Shown: in pieces, positions 13,850 through 28,477 of the stretch
How positions within the stretch are numbered: position 1 is the first letter of the stretch
How the letters are laid out: every line of letters begins with the position of its first letter
Assembly (NCBI GenBank): GCA_951406725.2
Contig: OX597841.1
Coordinates: 20,522,001 to 20,586,000 of the forward strand
Direction: 5' to 3'
Source: Octopus vulgaris
Taxonomy: Eukaryota
DNA length: 64,000 nucleotides
Notes under the pieces: generated by a model
What the model saw: only the letters and a program-made list of their open reading frames with translations
The model's database searches: none
Told to the model about the DNA's origin: nothing
Made by a program: the position numbers and the translations under genes

Positions 13850-14702
13850 TATATACATTTATTCACACACACACACACAGATATATATATATATATAAAT
13901 ATGACTAGTGACCGAGACTTTTGGAAATATGCTGTGCGTGAGAAGACCCGGCAAGCCAAATGAGACCATAACCAGTGGCCTATGCCAAGGGTGTAACCAG
14001 CCCACTTATGCGTACCTTTTCCTTCTGTGGACACTAAACTCTGCTTGTGAAGACCTGTTGATGCAAGTGAAATCAAAATCAAAGTGAAATTCGATGACGG
14101 GCACCCGTGCTACTGGGGTGCAAAGAGCACCATAGGAGTGTGATCATTGACAGAGCAGCTTACCGGCTTCCGTACCAGTAGTACATAAAAGGCACCATTT
14201 GAGTGTGATCATTACCAGCGTCACCTTACTGGTACTTGTGCCCTGTGCTAGTAGGGTACTAAAAGCAGAGATCACGCTTGGTTGGTGCTCTTAATACCCT
14301 ACTAGCACAGGGCACAAGTACCAGTAAGGTGACGCTGGTAATGATCACACTCAAATGGTGCCTTTTATGTACTACTGGTACGGAAGCCGGTAAGCTGCTC
14401 TGTCAATGATCACACTCCTATGGTGCTCTTTGCACCCCAGTAGCACGGGTGCCCGTCATCGAATTTGATTTTAATTTTGATTTCACTTGCCTCAACAGGT
14501 CTTCGCAAGCAGAGTTTAGTGTCCACAGAAGGAAAAGGTACGCATAAGCGGGTTGGTTACGCTCCTGGCATAGGCCACAGGTTATGGTCTCATTTGGCTT
14601 GCCGGGTCTTCTCACGCACAGCATATTTCCAAAGGTCTCGGTCACTAGTCATATTTATATATATATATATCTGTGTGTGTGTGTGTGAATAAATGTATAT
14701 AT
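13850..14702. repeat. ~400-bp-arm fold-back of an RTE 3' fragment
   Basis: 13850-14260 is the reverse complement of 14295-14702, including the adjacent (CA)/(TA) microsatellite; short spacer. Confidence 0.9.
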
Positions 14703-15025
14703 GGCTTCCGTGCTGGTGGCATGTAAAAAGCACCATTCGAGTGTGATTGCTACCAGCATCGCCTTACTGGCACCTGTGCTGGGGGCATGTGTAAAATATT
14801 CAAGCGAGGTCGTTGCCAGTACCGCTTGACTGGCCCCCATGCCGGAGGCACATAAAAGCACCCACTACACTCTTGGAGTGGTTGGCGTTAGGAAGGGCAT
14901 CCAGCTGTAGAAACTTTGCCAGATCAAGACTGGAGCCTGGTGCAGCCATCTGGTTTGCTAGCTCTCAGTCAAACCATTCAACCCATGCTAGCATGGAAAG
15001 CGGACGTTAAACAATGATGATGATG
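14703..15025 (+). mobile_element. RTE LINE 3' tail
   Basis: Shared tail ending (GAT)n. Confidence 0.75.
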
Positions 15026-15203
15026 ATATATACATATATACACACACACATATATATATACATATATACACATATATACACACATATATACATATATACA
15101 CACACACACATACATACACACACACACACATACATATATACACACACACACACATACATATATACACACACACATACATATATACACACACACACACATA
15201 TAT

Positions 15204-15234
<31 letters not shown>

Positions 15235-15239
15235 CATAC

Positions 15240-15281
<42 letters not shown>

Positions 15282-15478
15282 ATATATACATACATATATA
15301 CATATATACATATATGCATATATATATATATACATATATACATATAAGTTCAGCAAAATTTAGATTCAGATGAATATGGTACTTAAGTCAGAGGCACCAG
15401 AATTTTGTATGGTATTATCCATATAAATCCATGGGGTGATTATAATCAAAATAAGCAACAAGTATATCTTAGGTAATG

Positions 15479-15562
15479 TGGTACAATCGTTTCATACTAC
15501 TTCATTTCATTAAATATTGTAAGTATTACATCAGTTTTAAAATGTTGAGCAATCTTCAGCCA
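15479..15562 (-). ncRNA. Type I hammerhead motif
   Basis: tgg CTGAAGA ttgct...agtat GAAAC gatt GTA cca. Confidence 0.65.
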
Positions 15563-15611
15563 TTTATAGAAATCTTCCATCAAACAGACAATACATATTC
15601 TTATCTCCATT

Positions 15612-15848
15612 CCCGTGCCGGTGACATGTAAAATGCACCATCCGATCGTGGCCGTTTGCCAGCCTCGTCTGGCACGTAAAAAGCACCCACTACACCCGTG
15701 GAGTGGTTGGTGTTAGGAAGGGCATCCATCCGTAGAAACATTGCTGGATCAGACTGGGCCTGGTGCAGCCTTCTGGCTTCCCAGACCCAGTTAAACCGTC
15801 CGACCCATGCCAGCATGGAAAGTGGATGCTAAACGATGATGATGATGA
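15612..15848 (+). mobile_element. RTE LINE 3' tail
   Basis: Shared tail ending (GAT)n. Confidence 0.75.
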
Positions 15849-17631
15849 TTTCGTTTGCCAACATTATAAAGAGGGTAGATATACAGACAGAGAGGTTGAT
15901 TCCATTCTTAAGAACATGATAGTATTAAAATTTACTCTCTGACTATTTTGGACATATATACATATATATACACACACACATATATATGTATGTATGTATG
16001 TATATGTATACACAAACACACACACACACAACTATATGCCAATGTTGACTCTATCCACCCTCATTATACCCATGTATGTATGTTTGCCTGCCTATCTTCC
16101 TCCTCACAAATAATCCACCACCACCAATCACACTACCAGTACTGACATAACACACACACACACACACCTGTGTTTATCAGCTTTAGATGCTGCTATAATA
16201 TTCTGTAATCAATGCTGTCACCGGATTATCTTTGCTGTGTTGAGAGAGGGAGGATTAGCAGCCATAACAGTAGCATCAAGAGGCAAAGAGTGAGGATTCA
16301 AGGTTGCTGTTTGATCTGCAAGAAATAGCAGCAAAATCTCCCACAAAAAATGCCGTTGTTTTATGTCTCAGTGTGTTTGTGAATGTGTGTGTGTTTGTGA
16401 ATGTGTGTGTGTTTGTGAATGCATGTGTTTAAATGCGTACATATGTAAGATACATATAAGATATATGTGTGTGTGTGTGTGTGTTAAATAAAATGAGAGA
16501 ACAAAGCGAAGGCTGTGTGGAATTTTCAGTGCATTTATCAAGAAAAAGTTAGTCTTACAGCTGTTTCGTCAAAACCTACAAAAAATGCCCTTATTGTTTT
16601 ATGTCTCAGGTTTGATTTGAGATTTGGGTTTGATTTCTAGCCTGTCTCTCATATAGAATGAAGCAAGTATAACCAAAATCATACCCTACTGTCTATTATA
16701 TGAGAACAGTCTTGAAAGTAAGGCAAAGGTGGGCATAACCCTTCCTATTTAGTTTGGTTGCTCTTTGAAATTTTGAAATTAAGCGAAAATTTCCAAATTT
16801 GGTGTATTGACATAATTTTTCATGCTGGATATCAAGGTCTGATTCACTTATTCCAGAAATTTTTTTTAAAAATATTACAGAAGATCAAAGTTTGGTCATT
16901 TTTATCCAGTTAGAAAACAGGATTTGGAAGCTGTCATTTTGTGCATGACAGCAATGATAGTACGTTTTAAGCATTTAATAAGTGAAAGTGACCAAAAGAC
17001 ACATTTTGTAGTTTTAAGCATTCAAGAGGTGGATATCAAAAATATCCAAAAACAGCAATAGATGGGTGCAAGCAAGATACACAACATAAAATATCAGTTT
17101 GTAAACAACTATGGTTTTTTTGTAAACAAGAATTCCAACACTTGGCTTGTTACTACAAAACAGGCACTTATATGTCTATGGTTTTTCATTGGCTAAAATT
17201 ACCCAAAATTTGCAAACTTTAAAACCTATTAACTGGTTATTTATTGAATATGGCAAAAATGAATTTCATGTCAATAATTAGCATACAAAACTACATCAAT
17301 ACACCAAACTTGAGATGAGTTGGAAAAAACTGAAAAGGCCCACTTTTCTTCCTGCTCTACTTCATTGCAGGCAAATAATGGGTTACATATACAGGCATGT
17401 GTTATAACTAAGCTCTTAATGAAGGAGGGATGCAGGCTGTTCAACATCCATAGAAAGCTATAGATAAATGAATGAAGTTTAAAGAAAGTGAATCAGAATT
17501 AAAGACAAAGAAGGCAGTGTTGGAGACCATCAACTGTGATCAGTGAAACAAATCACCAGGCAAGGGAGCAAAATGCTTCACACAGACAGACATGTCACAT
17601 TGTATGGCTGTACGGGGAGAAGATAACTGTC

Positions 17632-17990
17632 GAGCTACATGGTTCTGGTTTCAGTTACACCTTGGGCAAGTGTCTTATCTGTAGCCCTGGGCCAACCAAA
17701 GTTTTGTGAGTGGATTTGGTAGACGGAAACTGAAAGAAGCCCGTTGTATGAGTGTGTGTGTGCTTGTGGGTCTTTGTGCCTGTGTTTGTCCCCTACCACT
17801 GCTTCACAACATATATTGCCAGTGTTCGTGAATTTATGTCACAGTAACTTAGTGGTTTGGCAAAAGAGATCAATAGAATAAGTACCAGGCTTGAAAAAAA
17901 ATACTGGTGTCAATTCAATGCACAAAAATGTTTTCAAGGCAGTGAGTGCCCCAACATGGCTGCAGTTTAATGACTGAAACAAGTAAAAAA
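17632..17990 (+). mobile_element. SINE family A, diverged
   Basis: ccttgggcaagtgtctt...gtggatttggtagacggaaactgaaagaagcc...tgactgaaacaagtaaa. Confidence 0.75.
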
Positions 17991-18035
17991 TATAAGGTAG
18001 ACACACATACACATACACACCTTCACAGACAACTG

Positions 18036-19309
18036 TTGGGTCATCCCATATATAATGCAGTTTTTTCAATTGCATGAACTAAAAGTCAGAGGAGGATGGG
18101 ATAAACTACCTGCATCAACTTGCTATAAAAGCAGGGAGTAATTTTCCATTGGCCCTTATTCTTAGTGCAAGTTTTGACGAGTGCAATTCGATTTTAAGTT
18201 TTTTCCAAGCTAAAATGGAAGTGACAAAAGAGCATGTTCAGCTTATTTAGCTTTATGAGTTTAATAAAGGCAAAAACGCAACAGAGAGTGTGAGAAATAT
18301 TAATGCAGTGTATGGGGATCGGACAATAAATGGAAGCCAGTGTGAACAGTGGTTCCAGAAATTCCGAGTTGGAAACTACAGCCTGGAAGACGAGCCTCAT
18401 CCTGAAAGGTCTGTACAGCTCGACAAGGATGTCCTGCAAACCCTGGTGGAACAAAATCCCACTGAAACTGTTGAGGAACTAGCAGAGAAGCTTGGATTTG
18501 GTCATTCAACCATTCCTCGACATCTGCTTGCCACTGGAAAAATCAGTAAATTGGGTTGATGGGTTCCTCACAGACTGTCCAAGTCTAATCACATGCAGAG
18601 AGTGAATGTGTGCACTTCTTCACTACCACATCTCATGAATGAACCTTTTACAGACTGAATAGTGACTGGTGATGAGAAATGGGTTTTCTATAAAAATGTC
18701 AAGCACAGAAGACAGTGGGTAGAGAAAGGAGAAACACCGGCACCCTAGGTTAAAGAAGAACTTCGCCCAAGTATGGCATTGTTATCTGTTTGGTGGGATA
18801 TGAAAGGTTTAGTCCACTTCGAACTTTTAAACCCAAACCAAAGGATAACAAAGGAGATCTACTGCGAGCAGCTGAAGTCAGCACTGGAAGAAAAACGACC
18901 ATCTTTGGTTTCAAGATGAAAGGTGTTCTTCCATCAGGATCATGCTCTGCCACATACACAGAGGATGACATCCCAAAGGCTGGAGCAGTTTGAATGGGAA
19001 ACAATGCCCCAACCACCATATTCACCAGATATTGTGCTATCTGATTATCCTTTATTTGGAAGTCTTCAAAATATTTTGGATAGAAAAAATATGAATTCTA
19101 TAGTTGAGATCAGAACAGTACTGGAGGAGTATTTTTCATCATGGACAAGAGAATTTTGGAAGAGGAGCCTTGCATGTCTACCAGATAGATGGAGGAGCAT
19201 TGTAGAAAATGAAGGAGAATATGTTTTAGATCAAAAAAGAACTCTGTTTATCATAATTTTAAAAAATAAAAGCAGTATAAAAAACTGCATTATTTATGGG
19301 ATAACCCAA
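18036..19309 (+). mobile_element. Full-length decayed mariner transposon
   Basis: TIRs ttgggtcatcccatatataatgcagttttt / aaaaactgcattatttatgggataacccaa followed by TA; transposase remnants WFQKFR, VTGDEKW, HQDHA, PPYSPD; stops and frameshifts. Confidence 0.93.
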
Positions 19310-19419
19310 TAAATATATATATATGAATATATATGAATATATATGAATATATATGTATATATAAATATATATATATATATATAAATATATATATATATAA
19401 ACATATATATATATATATA

Positions 19420-21041
19420 AAGTTGCGGCCAAATTGTTCAGAACGGCATTGTTTTCGTCAGAAAAGTAGGTATAAGTTTTTATCAAAGTTGTTTTATTGT
19501 CTATAATTTTCACAGACAATAAATACGATATTATTTGTTATTGTCTGAGATTTTGGTGTGATTTGAGAGGATAATACAAAAGTTATGGATGATTTAGGGA
19601 TTTACTGACAAACCCATGGTGGCCCAAATGATCAGAACGGTTGCTTATACTCAGTGTTTTAGTATATTTAACCGGTGAACTCTGATGTTTTGAATTTGTT
19701 TACCTGACGGTTCATTTACTAAACATTAGTAAGAGTATCTGCAGTGTACTTTGTTAATATAATGCCACTTACTCCGTTACCAATTTGTCAGCAGATTATT
19801 AAGCTTCGAAAGAAGAATAATTTAAGTATTGGGTCTATTGTTAACAAGTGAAAAAGTGTTGTTCACGGTATTCTTAAGGTCTACGATGATTGTGGTTCGT
19901 ATGAAGCAACAAAGTCTACAGGTAGGCCAAGAAAAACGACCAAGAGAGAAGATCGTGCTATGGTAAAGTTGGTTAAAAAGGACAGATTTAAAACTGCTGC
20001 TGCTGTTTCTCGGAAAATGAGCATTGTATTGAAGAAAACTTTATCTCGAAAAACTGTGTCTCGTCGTTTAGTTGAACATGACCTACAAGCAAGAGCACCT
20101 GCAGTGAAGCCATTGATCAGCTCCAAGAATAAAAAGTGTCATCTTACCTTTGCAACCGAACATGTGTTGTGGTCTCAAGAAAAATGGCAAATGGTGCATT
20201 TCCGTGATGAATCTAAGTTTATGTTATTTGGCTCAGATGGGAAAAGATACATTTGTCAAAAAGTAGGTGAAAAATTGTCGCCTAAATGCCTTAAGACTAG
20301 TGTTAAATTCGGTGGAGGAAGTGTCATGGTTTGGTAGATGATATCTGGAGATGGTGTGGGCCCTTTGGTGCGATTACATGGAAAGGTAAATGCAGGAGTT
20401 TATAAACAACTTGTAAAAGATCATGTTTTGCCTGTGCTGAGAAATTCAACTAAGCGATCACCTATATTCATGCAGGACAATGCCCTATGTCACAAGGCTA
20501 AGGTGGTCATGAACTTTCTCAAGGCTGAAAAGGTTATTGTTATGGATTGGCCTGCTCAAAGCCCAGATCTTAATCCTATTGAAAATGTGTGGAATATTCT
20601 AGGAGAACGTTCGAAAGCCAGAAATCCTAAAACAACCGAGCACTTATGGAATGCTCTTCAGGAAGAATGGAATAAGATCACCCAGCAAGAAATTGAAAAT
20701 TTAATTTCTTCATGCAGTCGAAGATGTCAAAGTGTGATTGAAGCTAAAGGGCTTCACACTAAATATTAAATAATTCCAGTATTCTCTGTCATTTTTGATT
20801 ATTTTGTTATGTTTTTCAACTGTTCTGATCATTTTGGCCGCCATGGGTTTTGCAGTAAATCACTAAATCATCCATAACTTTTGTATTATCCTCTCAAATT
20901 ACACAAAAATCTCAGACAATAATAATTAATATTGTATTTTATTGTCTGTTAAAATTATGGAATATAAAACAACTTTGATAAAAACTTATACCTACTTTTC
21001 TGATGAAATCAATGCCGTTCTGCACATTTTGGCCGCAACTG
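19420..21041 (+). mobile_element. Tc1 transposon with long IR/DR termini
   Basis: About 220-bp TIRs (agttgcggccaaa... / ...ttttggccgcaactg TA) with inner direct repeats at 19427 and 19621. Confidence 0.95.
19762..20769 (+). pseudogene. Tc1 DD34E transposase (premature stop at 20335; frameshift near the 5' end)
   Basis: GRPRKTT, FRDESKF, GGGSVMVW, FMQDN, WPAQSPDLNPIENVW, GLHTKY. Confidence 0.93.
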
Positions 21042-21118
21042 TATTATTATTTTTCTTGCTTGTTTCAGCTTAGAGCTGCGGTCATGCTGATGCACCGCCA
21101 TTTTGTGCTACACTGTTA

Positions 21119-21729
21119 TTACGAAGAACCTCCTCTAATATGTGGCACTTGGTGAAGAATGGAGTTTGACATAGCTACTCTCATTTGCACCTCTTGCCGT
21201 GAGGTAAGTTCATCTGGGACTCTCGACAGGAAGATGTCCAGCTTTGATTTAAAAACTGCTACATCTACTTTGTGCAAGTTCTTCAGACTCTTTGGGAGAA
21301 TATTAAAAAGCTGTGGGCACTTGAAATTCAGGCTGTTGCAGAAGCTGGTCCTGAAGCATGATGGCATTGCTGGGATCTTTGGCACTATGCAGTGTCATCC
21401 CGTTCTAGCAATGGTGTAGCTTACACTGCCAAAATTTGGCACAGTTCCTTCAAGGATCTTCCAGACATATATTACTGCATACCTCTCCCGTCTTCTCTCC
21501 AGGGAGTAGAGTCTTAGCTGTTTCAACCTTTCCCAGTAGCTGAGCTGTTGCAAAGAGATGATCTTCTTTGTGAATCTTCTCTGGATTGCTTCAAGGTTCG
21601 CTGTTAATTTTACACTGGTGGGTGACCATAGCTGTGAGCAGTAATCCAGGCGGCTGAGGATGAATGTCCACCAGAGGACCATCATGGTTTCCTTATCTCT
21701 GGTTCTGAATGTTCTTAGGATCCATCCAT

Positions 21730-21733
<4 letters not shown>
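21119..21733 (-). pseudogene. CR1/L2-group LINE RT C-terminal fragment
   Basis: ILRTF...RLDYCSQLWSP...LEAIQRRFTK...LSYWERLKQLRLYSLERRRER; LFNILP...FKSKLD. Confidence 0.88.
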
Positions 21734-21777
<44 letters not shown>

Positions 21778-21779
<2 letters not shown>

Positions 21780-22552
21780 TAGCAGTATCACCCGGCGTTG
21801 CTCGCGTTTGTAAGGGAAATAACTATATAAGCATTTTTAGAGAGTTATAGCAAAAAAATGCATTAAAAATGGAATAAAAAATGATGGTAATTTTTTTTTA
21901 AATCGTTGACTCATCGTAGACATTTTTAGAGAGTTACTTCCCTTATATAATAGCGAAAAAATGCATTAAAATGGAAAAAATGATGGTAAATTTTTTTTTA
22001 AATCGTAGACTCATCATAGACGTGCGCTAATACCCATAAGGGCTCGATATGAATCATGACTATAAGATACCCGGTTTTGGTTAAACCTTCCCTGTGTGGC
22101 GTGTTTCCCGATTTTGTAGAATTTGCTTTCGGGCTTTCTTAGCCATTTCTGTTTTGGTGTCTTCAAGCCATGAAGTCGTTGTTTTAAAAGAACGCTGGTC
22201 TCCTTGACAACGCTTTACGACATTGATTTCCTTACACTCCCTTCCCCACAGCTTCACGAGGGAGGGAAGAAGGGGGAGAAGCAACACAGGTGCAGGTGTG
22301 AGCATGGACGCCATCTCCGCTGCCATCGACACACGAAAAAATATGCGTTAAAATGGAAAAAAAATATGGTAAATTATTTTTAAAATCGTAGACTCATCGT
22401 AGACGCGTGCTAATACCCAGACGAGCTCGATATGAATCACGACTATAAGATACCCGAATTTGGTTAAACTGCCCCGCAAAATGTGGGAGTAGTTAGGAAT
22501 CTAAATCGTAGGAGACAGATACTCACACAACTTCACTTTTATATATATAGAT
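21778..22552. mobile_element. Non-autonomous Helitron/Helentron-like element
   Basis: ACTAG...cccggcgttgctcg start, internal repeats (aatcgtagactcatcgtagac), end ttttatatatataga; in (TA)n. Confidence 0.55.
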
Positions 22553-22832
<280 letters not shown>

Positions 22833-22939
22833 AATAGAAATATTAAAATTACTAAGTCTCTCTAAAAGAGATCACGGCAGCGTTCCTGGAAAATAATAGT
22901 TATGGCCATACTAATATGGCATTCTTATAAATATATATT

Positions 22940-23172
22940 TCTTTACTGCCCACAAGGGGCTAAACATAGAAGGGACGAACAAGGACAGACAAAGGGATTA
23001 AGTCGATTACATCGACCCCAGTGCGTAACTGGTACTTAATTTATCGACCCCGAAAGGATGAAAGGCAAAGTCGACCTCGGCGGATTTTGAACCCAGAACA
23101 CTTAACGGCAGACGAAATACGGCTAAGCATTTCGCCCGGCGTGCTAACGTTTTTGCCAGCTCGCCGCCCTTC
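22940..23172 (-). mobile_element. tRNA-derived SINE, family B
   Basis: Head ggcggcgagctggc...ggttcaaaatcc (A/B-box-like), central gcctttcatcctttcggggtcgataaattaagtacc. Confidence 0.75.
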
Positions 23173-23329
23173 TTATAAGTATATATATATATAAATATAT
23201 ATAAATATATATATATATATAAATATATATAAATATTTATATAAATATATATTAATATATATAAATATATATAAATATATATATAAATATATATTAATAT
23301 ATATAAATATATATATATAAATATAGGTT

Positions 23330-23808
<479 letters not shown>

Positions 23809-23889
23809 TTATATTTATAGATGAATTCCTCTATTTGCATAATATCGAGGTCTCATTCATTCTTTTATATACATATATATATATATATG

Positions 23890-24730
23890 TGAGGTGGTAT
23901 GGCAGCACACAGTTGCATGTGCAGTGAGAGCTAGCAGTGACTTGCATGAGGCCATGTGCTGAGTGATGTCGCTGTGTTTACTTCACAAATTGTGCAGCAC
24001 AATGCTGTAGTCTGCGATTTTGTTATGGACTGGAAGTTGGAACAAAGAGCTAATATGAAATTCTGCATTAAACTTAGGAAGTCTGCTAAAGAGACATGAA
24101 GCATGCTATGCCAAGCTTACGGCGATGGGGCAATGGGTTGTATGCAATGTTTCAAGTGGCATGGTTGCTTCAAAAGTGGGAGAGCATCCATGGAAGATGA
24201 CAAGTGATCTGGATGACCTGCCTCAAGAGTCATCTCTGGAAATATGGTGTTGTGCATCGAGAATTTGTCCTCCATGGCCACCCCATCAAACGAGAGTTCT
24301 ACTGAGATGTCTTGAAGTGTTCGAGGGAGGACATTCGGAAAAAGCAGCTGAACCTGTGGAGCACGAAGAGTTGATTTCTTCACCGAACTCTCCTCACTCG
24401 TGAGTTTCTCACCAAAACTAATATGGTATCACTTCCACACCTGTCCTATTCACCAGATTTAGCACCTGCAGACTTCCATCTCTTCCCCAAGATCAAAAGG
24501 CAGCTCAAAGGTTGCTGTTTTAATATGGTTGTTGAGATCCAAAGTGAATCGTAGAATATCCTTGATTTGCTTATGGAAAATGACTTCCAGACTGGATTCC
24601 AAAAGTGGCAGGAATGCTAGGACCAGTGTATTGCTGCGCATAAGTTGAGTATCTTGAAGGAGATGATGCTAAAATTTAGGTAAGTTATTTTTTATTAATC
24701 ATACCTAGTCAGGGAACCTTTTGATAACAC

Positions 24731-24734
<4 letters not shown>
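23890..24734 (+). mobile_element. Internally deleted mariner element
   Basis: Ends tgaggtggtat / ataacacctca TA; remnants EQRANMKFCIKL and HLSYSPDLAPADF. Confidence 0.75.
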
Positions 24735-24783
<49 letters not shown>

Positions 24784-25139
24784 CAAATATATATTTGTAA
24801 TGCAATATATGGATTCCTAGAATCCTATGGCAATCACAGTAAGCTCCTCCAGTGGACCCGGCTACCATACCTCATAGCAATCCAATACAGAGGAGTATAA
24901 TGCAGTGTTCTGTGTATCTGAAATCCAGGAAATCCAATCTATAAAGTTATTTCATGAGGAATATATAGACCATATAAAGTTAGGAGGTATGAGAGGTGAA
25001 TATATATTAGTTGATTATACGCTTTCTGAGAGATAAGTAAACTTTTTTATTTAAGAAATATTATTGTACTCAATATAACTATTGATTGATAAATATGAAT
25101 TTATATATTTTTTTTTATTTGTTAATGATAATTTAGATA

Positions 25140-26070
25140 TGTACATTTATTTAATTATTATTAGTTTATAATTATTATATCTGAACGTAAATTTTAAGAT
25201 ATTAGTTAGTCACTCTGCGATCTAGATCGTAAAAATGTTTTTAATAATAGTAATAATAAGTATTTTATATAGATAGGGTATACGTTTTTAATTTGGAATT
25301 TTTCAATTCTTAATTTGTATTTCATAAATATTTTCTAAAGATATCAATAATATTTATGTAATTAATAATGGACTAATTTATTTTTGGTTATATGTTTATA
25401 TGTTTATTGATAGAAAAAAATATAGATTTTTAATTACTATATTTGTTGATTATAATTTAGATACTTATTTTTATGCATTTATTATTTTATAATTATTATA
25501 TGCAAACTTAAATCTAAAAATATTAATAGTGATTGTTTTGTTAAATAATTTGGTAATAAAATATAAGAGTATAACTAGGTTAAAGATATTCCATAGTTTA
25601 TTAATGTTTTTTTAAGCCAAATTATATATACACAGATAAATACATATTTCTATCTATTTACTCTATTTTTTTTACCTTAACTATTTAACATAATATTGTA
25701 GGAAACTGATCTTAATGTTTTAAGTTTCAAATTTAGTTAATGGAGTTTCTTCTTTAAGAAATACTATTATTTTATTTATTTTTTTAATAATTATTGTTTA
25801 ACTCTTTTTGCTTATTTATTTAACTATTATTTTTAACCTGAAGATTGACTATAATTTTAAATTGAATTCATTTCAATTAAATTTAATTGTAATTCGAATT
25901 TAATTATAGCCATAAAACGTACATAGTTTTTTTACTTATTGTATATTGATTATTCATTTTTATACTTTTGTTTTATAAAAATATATTTTATTTGTTATTT
26001 ATATTTTGGTTTATGTTTATCATTGTTTGAATTGCATAATAGTGGTTTTATCTGTAATTTATATTTTATA
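25140..26070 (+). mobile_element. Very AT-rich HHR-bearing repeat (inverted copy of 12630-13565)
   Basis: Direct comparison; HHR at 25835-25928 reads aac CTGAAGA...cat AAAAC gtac ATA gtt (degenerate). Confidence 0.8.
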
Positions 26071-26158
26071 TATTTATATTGTGAAATTTGATTTAAAACT
26101 AAATTGAATTTTTCCCTGTAAGTTTGGAGTAATACTCCCTAATATTATTATATATTTG

Positions 26159-26227
<69 letters not shown>

Positions 26228-26552
26228 TTAACCACTTGGTATCTATAGAATTACAGTCATTTTGCAGCCTTGAACATGTAATAATAACATGGGTGTATAA
26301 TAAATTATTTTATATACCTGCACCAATATACATGCTATACATTGTATGGTATAATTTTACATTTACAAATCAATGCAGATATAGAAGGCTGGCTCTTCAG
26401 ATCACTAGAACATCATGGTTACACCAATGCTTCAACTTTTTGTATACATAAAGGATAAAATTATCCTTTATATACACAATGTGTGGAATAACTGATAAAA
26501 TTAGATTGATATTGTCATTAAAGTATAAATGTAAATGATAAAGAAGTTGGTG

Positions 26553-26840
26553 TGAGGTGGTATCAAAAAGTTCCAGCACTAGTTATGTTTAATAACAAAA
26601 AGAAACTTATTTACTTAAGTTTAATATAATCTTCTTTGAAATAGTCACCTTGTACAGCAACACACTGGTCCCAGCACTCCTGCCACTTTTGGAACTTGGC
26701 CTGGAAGTCATTTTGTATAAGAGTCGAGGACCTTCTGTGATTCACTGTGGATCTCAACAATGGTATTAAAATGATGACTTTTGAGTTGCCTTTTCTTCTT
26801 GGGGAAGTGATGGAAGTCTGCAGGTGCTAGACGTGGTGAA
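26553..26840 (-). mobile_element. Mariner 3' fragment (same family as 23890)
   Basis: TIR tgaggtggtatcaaaaag; HSPRLAPADFHHFPK. Confidence 0.7.
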
Positions 26841-27186
26841 TGTTTATGTGTGTGTAGGTTTGTGCCTTTGTTTATGTCCCCCCACTCCACTATCGCTTCA
26901 CAACCAATGTTGATGTGTTTACATTCCCATAACTTAGCTGTTTTGAAAAAGAAACTGGTAGAATAAGTCTTAGGGTCAATTACTTTGACTAAAACCCTTT
27001 AAGATGGTTCTCCGGCATGGCCACAGTCTAATTGACTGAAACAAGTAAAAAATAAAAGAATACACTGAAATTATTCTTATAACAATGAAGGCTGTGAAAC
27101 AGCCATAATCCTACAGATATCAAGTGGTTAAATATATATATTCACTTCGCATATTTCCTGACATTTTATGCTCCTTCTTTCTCTCT

Positions 27187-27230
<44 letters not shown>

Positions 27231-27234
<4 letters not shown>

Positions 27235-27620
27235 TCATCATCATCATCGTTTAACGTCCGCTTTCCATGGTAGCATGGGTTGGATGGTTCAACTGGGGTC
27301 TGGCAAGCCCGAAGGCTGCACCAGGCCAGTCAGATCTGGCAGTGTTTCTACAGCTGGATGCCCTTCCTAACGCCAACCACTCCGAGAGTGTAGTAGGTGA
27401 TTTTATGTGCCACTGACACAGGTGCCAGACAAGGCTGGCAGACGGCCACGCTCGGATATGGTGTTTTCGGTGTTTTTCTTATGTGCCACCGACACAGGTG
27501 CCAGACGAGGCTGGCGAACGGCTACGATCGGATGGTGTTTGTTACATGCCCAAGGCACGGAGGTCAGTCAATGCGGTACTGGCTACGGTCCTGTTCGGAT
27601 GGTTTTCTTACGTGCCACAA
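27231..27620 (-). mobile_element. RTE LINE 3' tail
   Basis: Shared tail, (CAT)n on the + strand. Confidence 0.75.
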
Positions 27621-27624
27621 GGAT

Positions 27625-27664
<40 letters not shown>

Positions 27665-27947
27665 CATAAACATTACATATACACACACATATATTTATAT
27701 TAACAGAAAGAACAAAAAGCAGACATGGATAAAGTCACTTCATCAGTCAAGCTTTAACCCTGAGTCCTAATGATTTTGATGCTGAAAAATCTTGGATTTT
27801 GTTGTCCTTTCCATTACTTGTTATATACAACTGTGACTATTATTTTGATGTGTATGTGTATACATTTTTGTGTATGTGTGTGTGCGTGTGTGTTTGTACA
27901 TGCATGTATGTATGTACATATGAACTAATGAGGGAAATTGCAACATA

Positions 27948-28315
27948 GGCGCAGGAGTGGCTGTGTGGTAAGTAGCTTGCTAACCAACCACACGGTTGCG
28001 GGTTCAGTCCCACTGCGTGGCATCTTGGGCAAGTGTCTTCTGCTATAGCCCCGGGCCGACCAATGCCTTGTGAGTGGATTTGGTAGACTGAAACTGAAAG
28101 AAGCCTGTCGTATATATGTATATATATATGTGTGTGTGTTTGTGTGTCTGTGTTTGTTCCCCTAGCATTGCTTGACAACCGATGCTGGTGTGTTTACGTC
28201 CCCGTCACTTAGCGGTTCGGCAAAAAGAGACTGATAGAATAAGTACTAAAAGGTGGTGCTCCAGCATGGCTGCAGTCAAATGACTGAAACAAGTAAAAGA
28301 GTAAAAGAGTAAAAA
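27948..28315 (+). mobile_element. SINE family A
   Basis: ggcgcaggagtggctgtgtggtaag...gggttcagtccc tRNA-like head; (gtaaaaga)n tail. Confidence 0.85.
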
Positions 28316-28477
28316 GTATAGTAGTTAGGTCTGACAGAAATAATAGCAAAATTCCCTTCAAATCACACCCTTACTATCCTACCCTTTAAAAGGTTACATT
28401 AGATAATGAAATTGAAAATATCACAAAGATGACATGGTCAGAAATGGAATGCTAGTGATTATACTTTGAATTAGATG

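Noticed and set aside
16715-17355. Possible DNA transposon with inverted tttggtgtattga / tcaatacaccaaa
   Set aside because: Termini too degenerate, no TSD or coding remnant to support a call.
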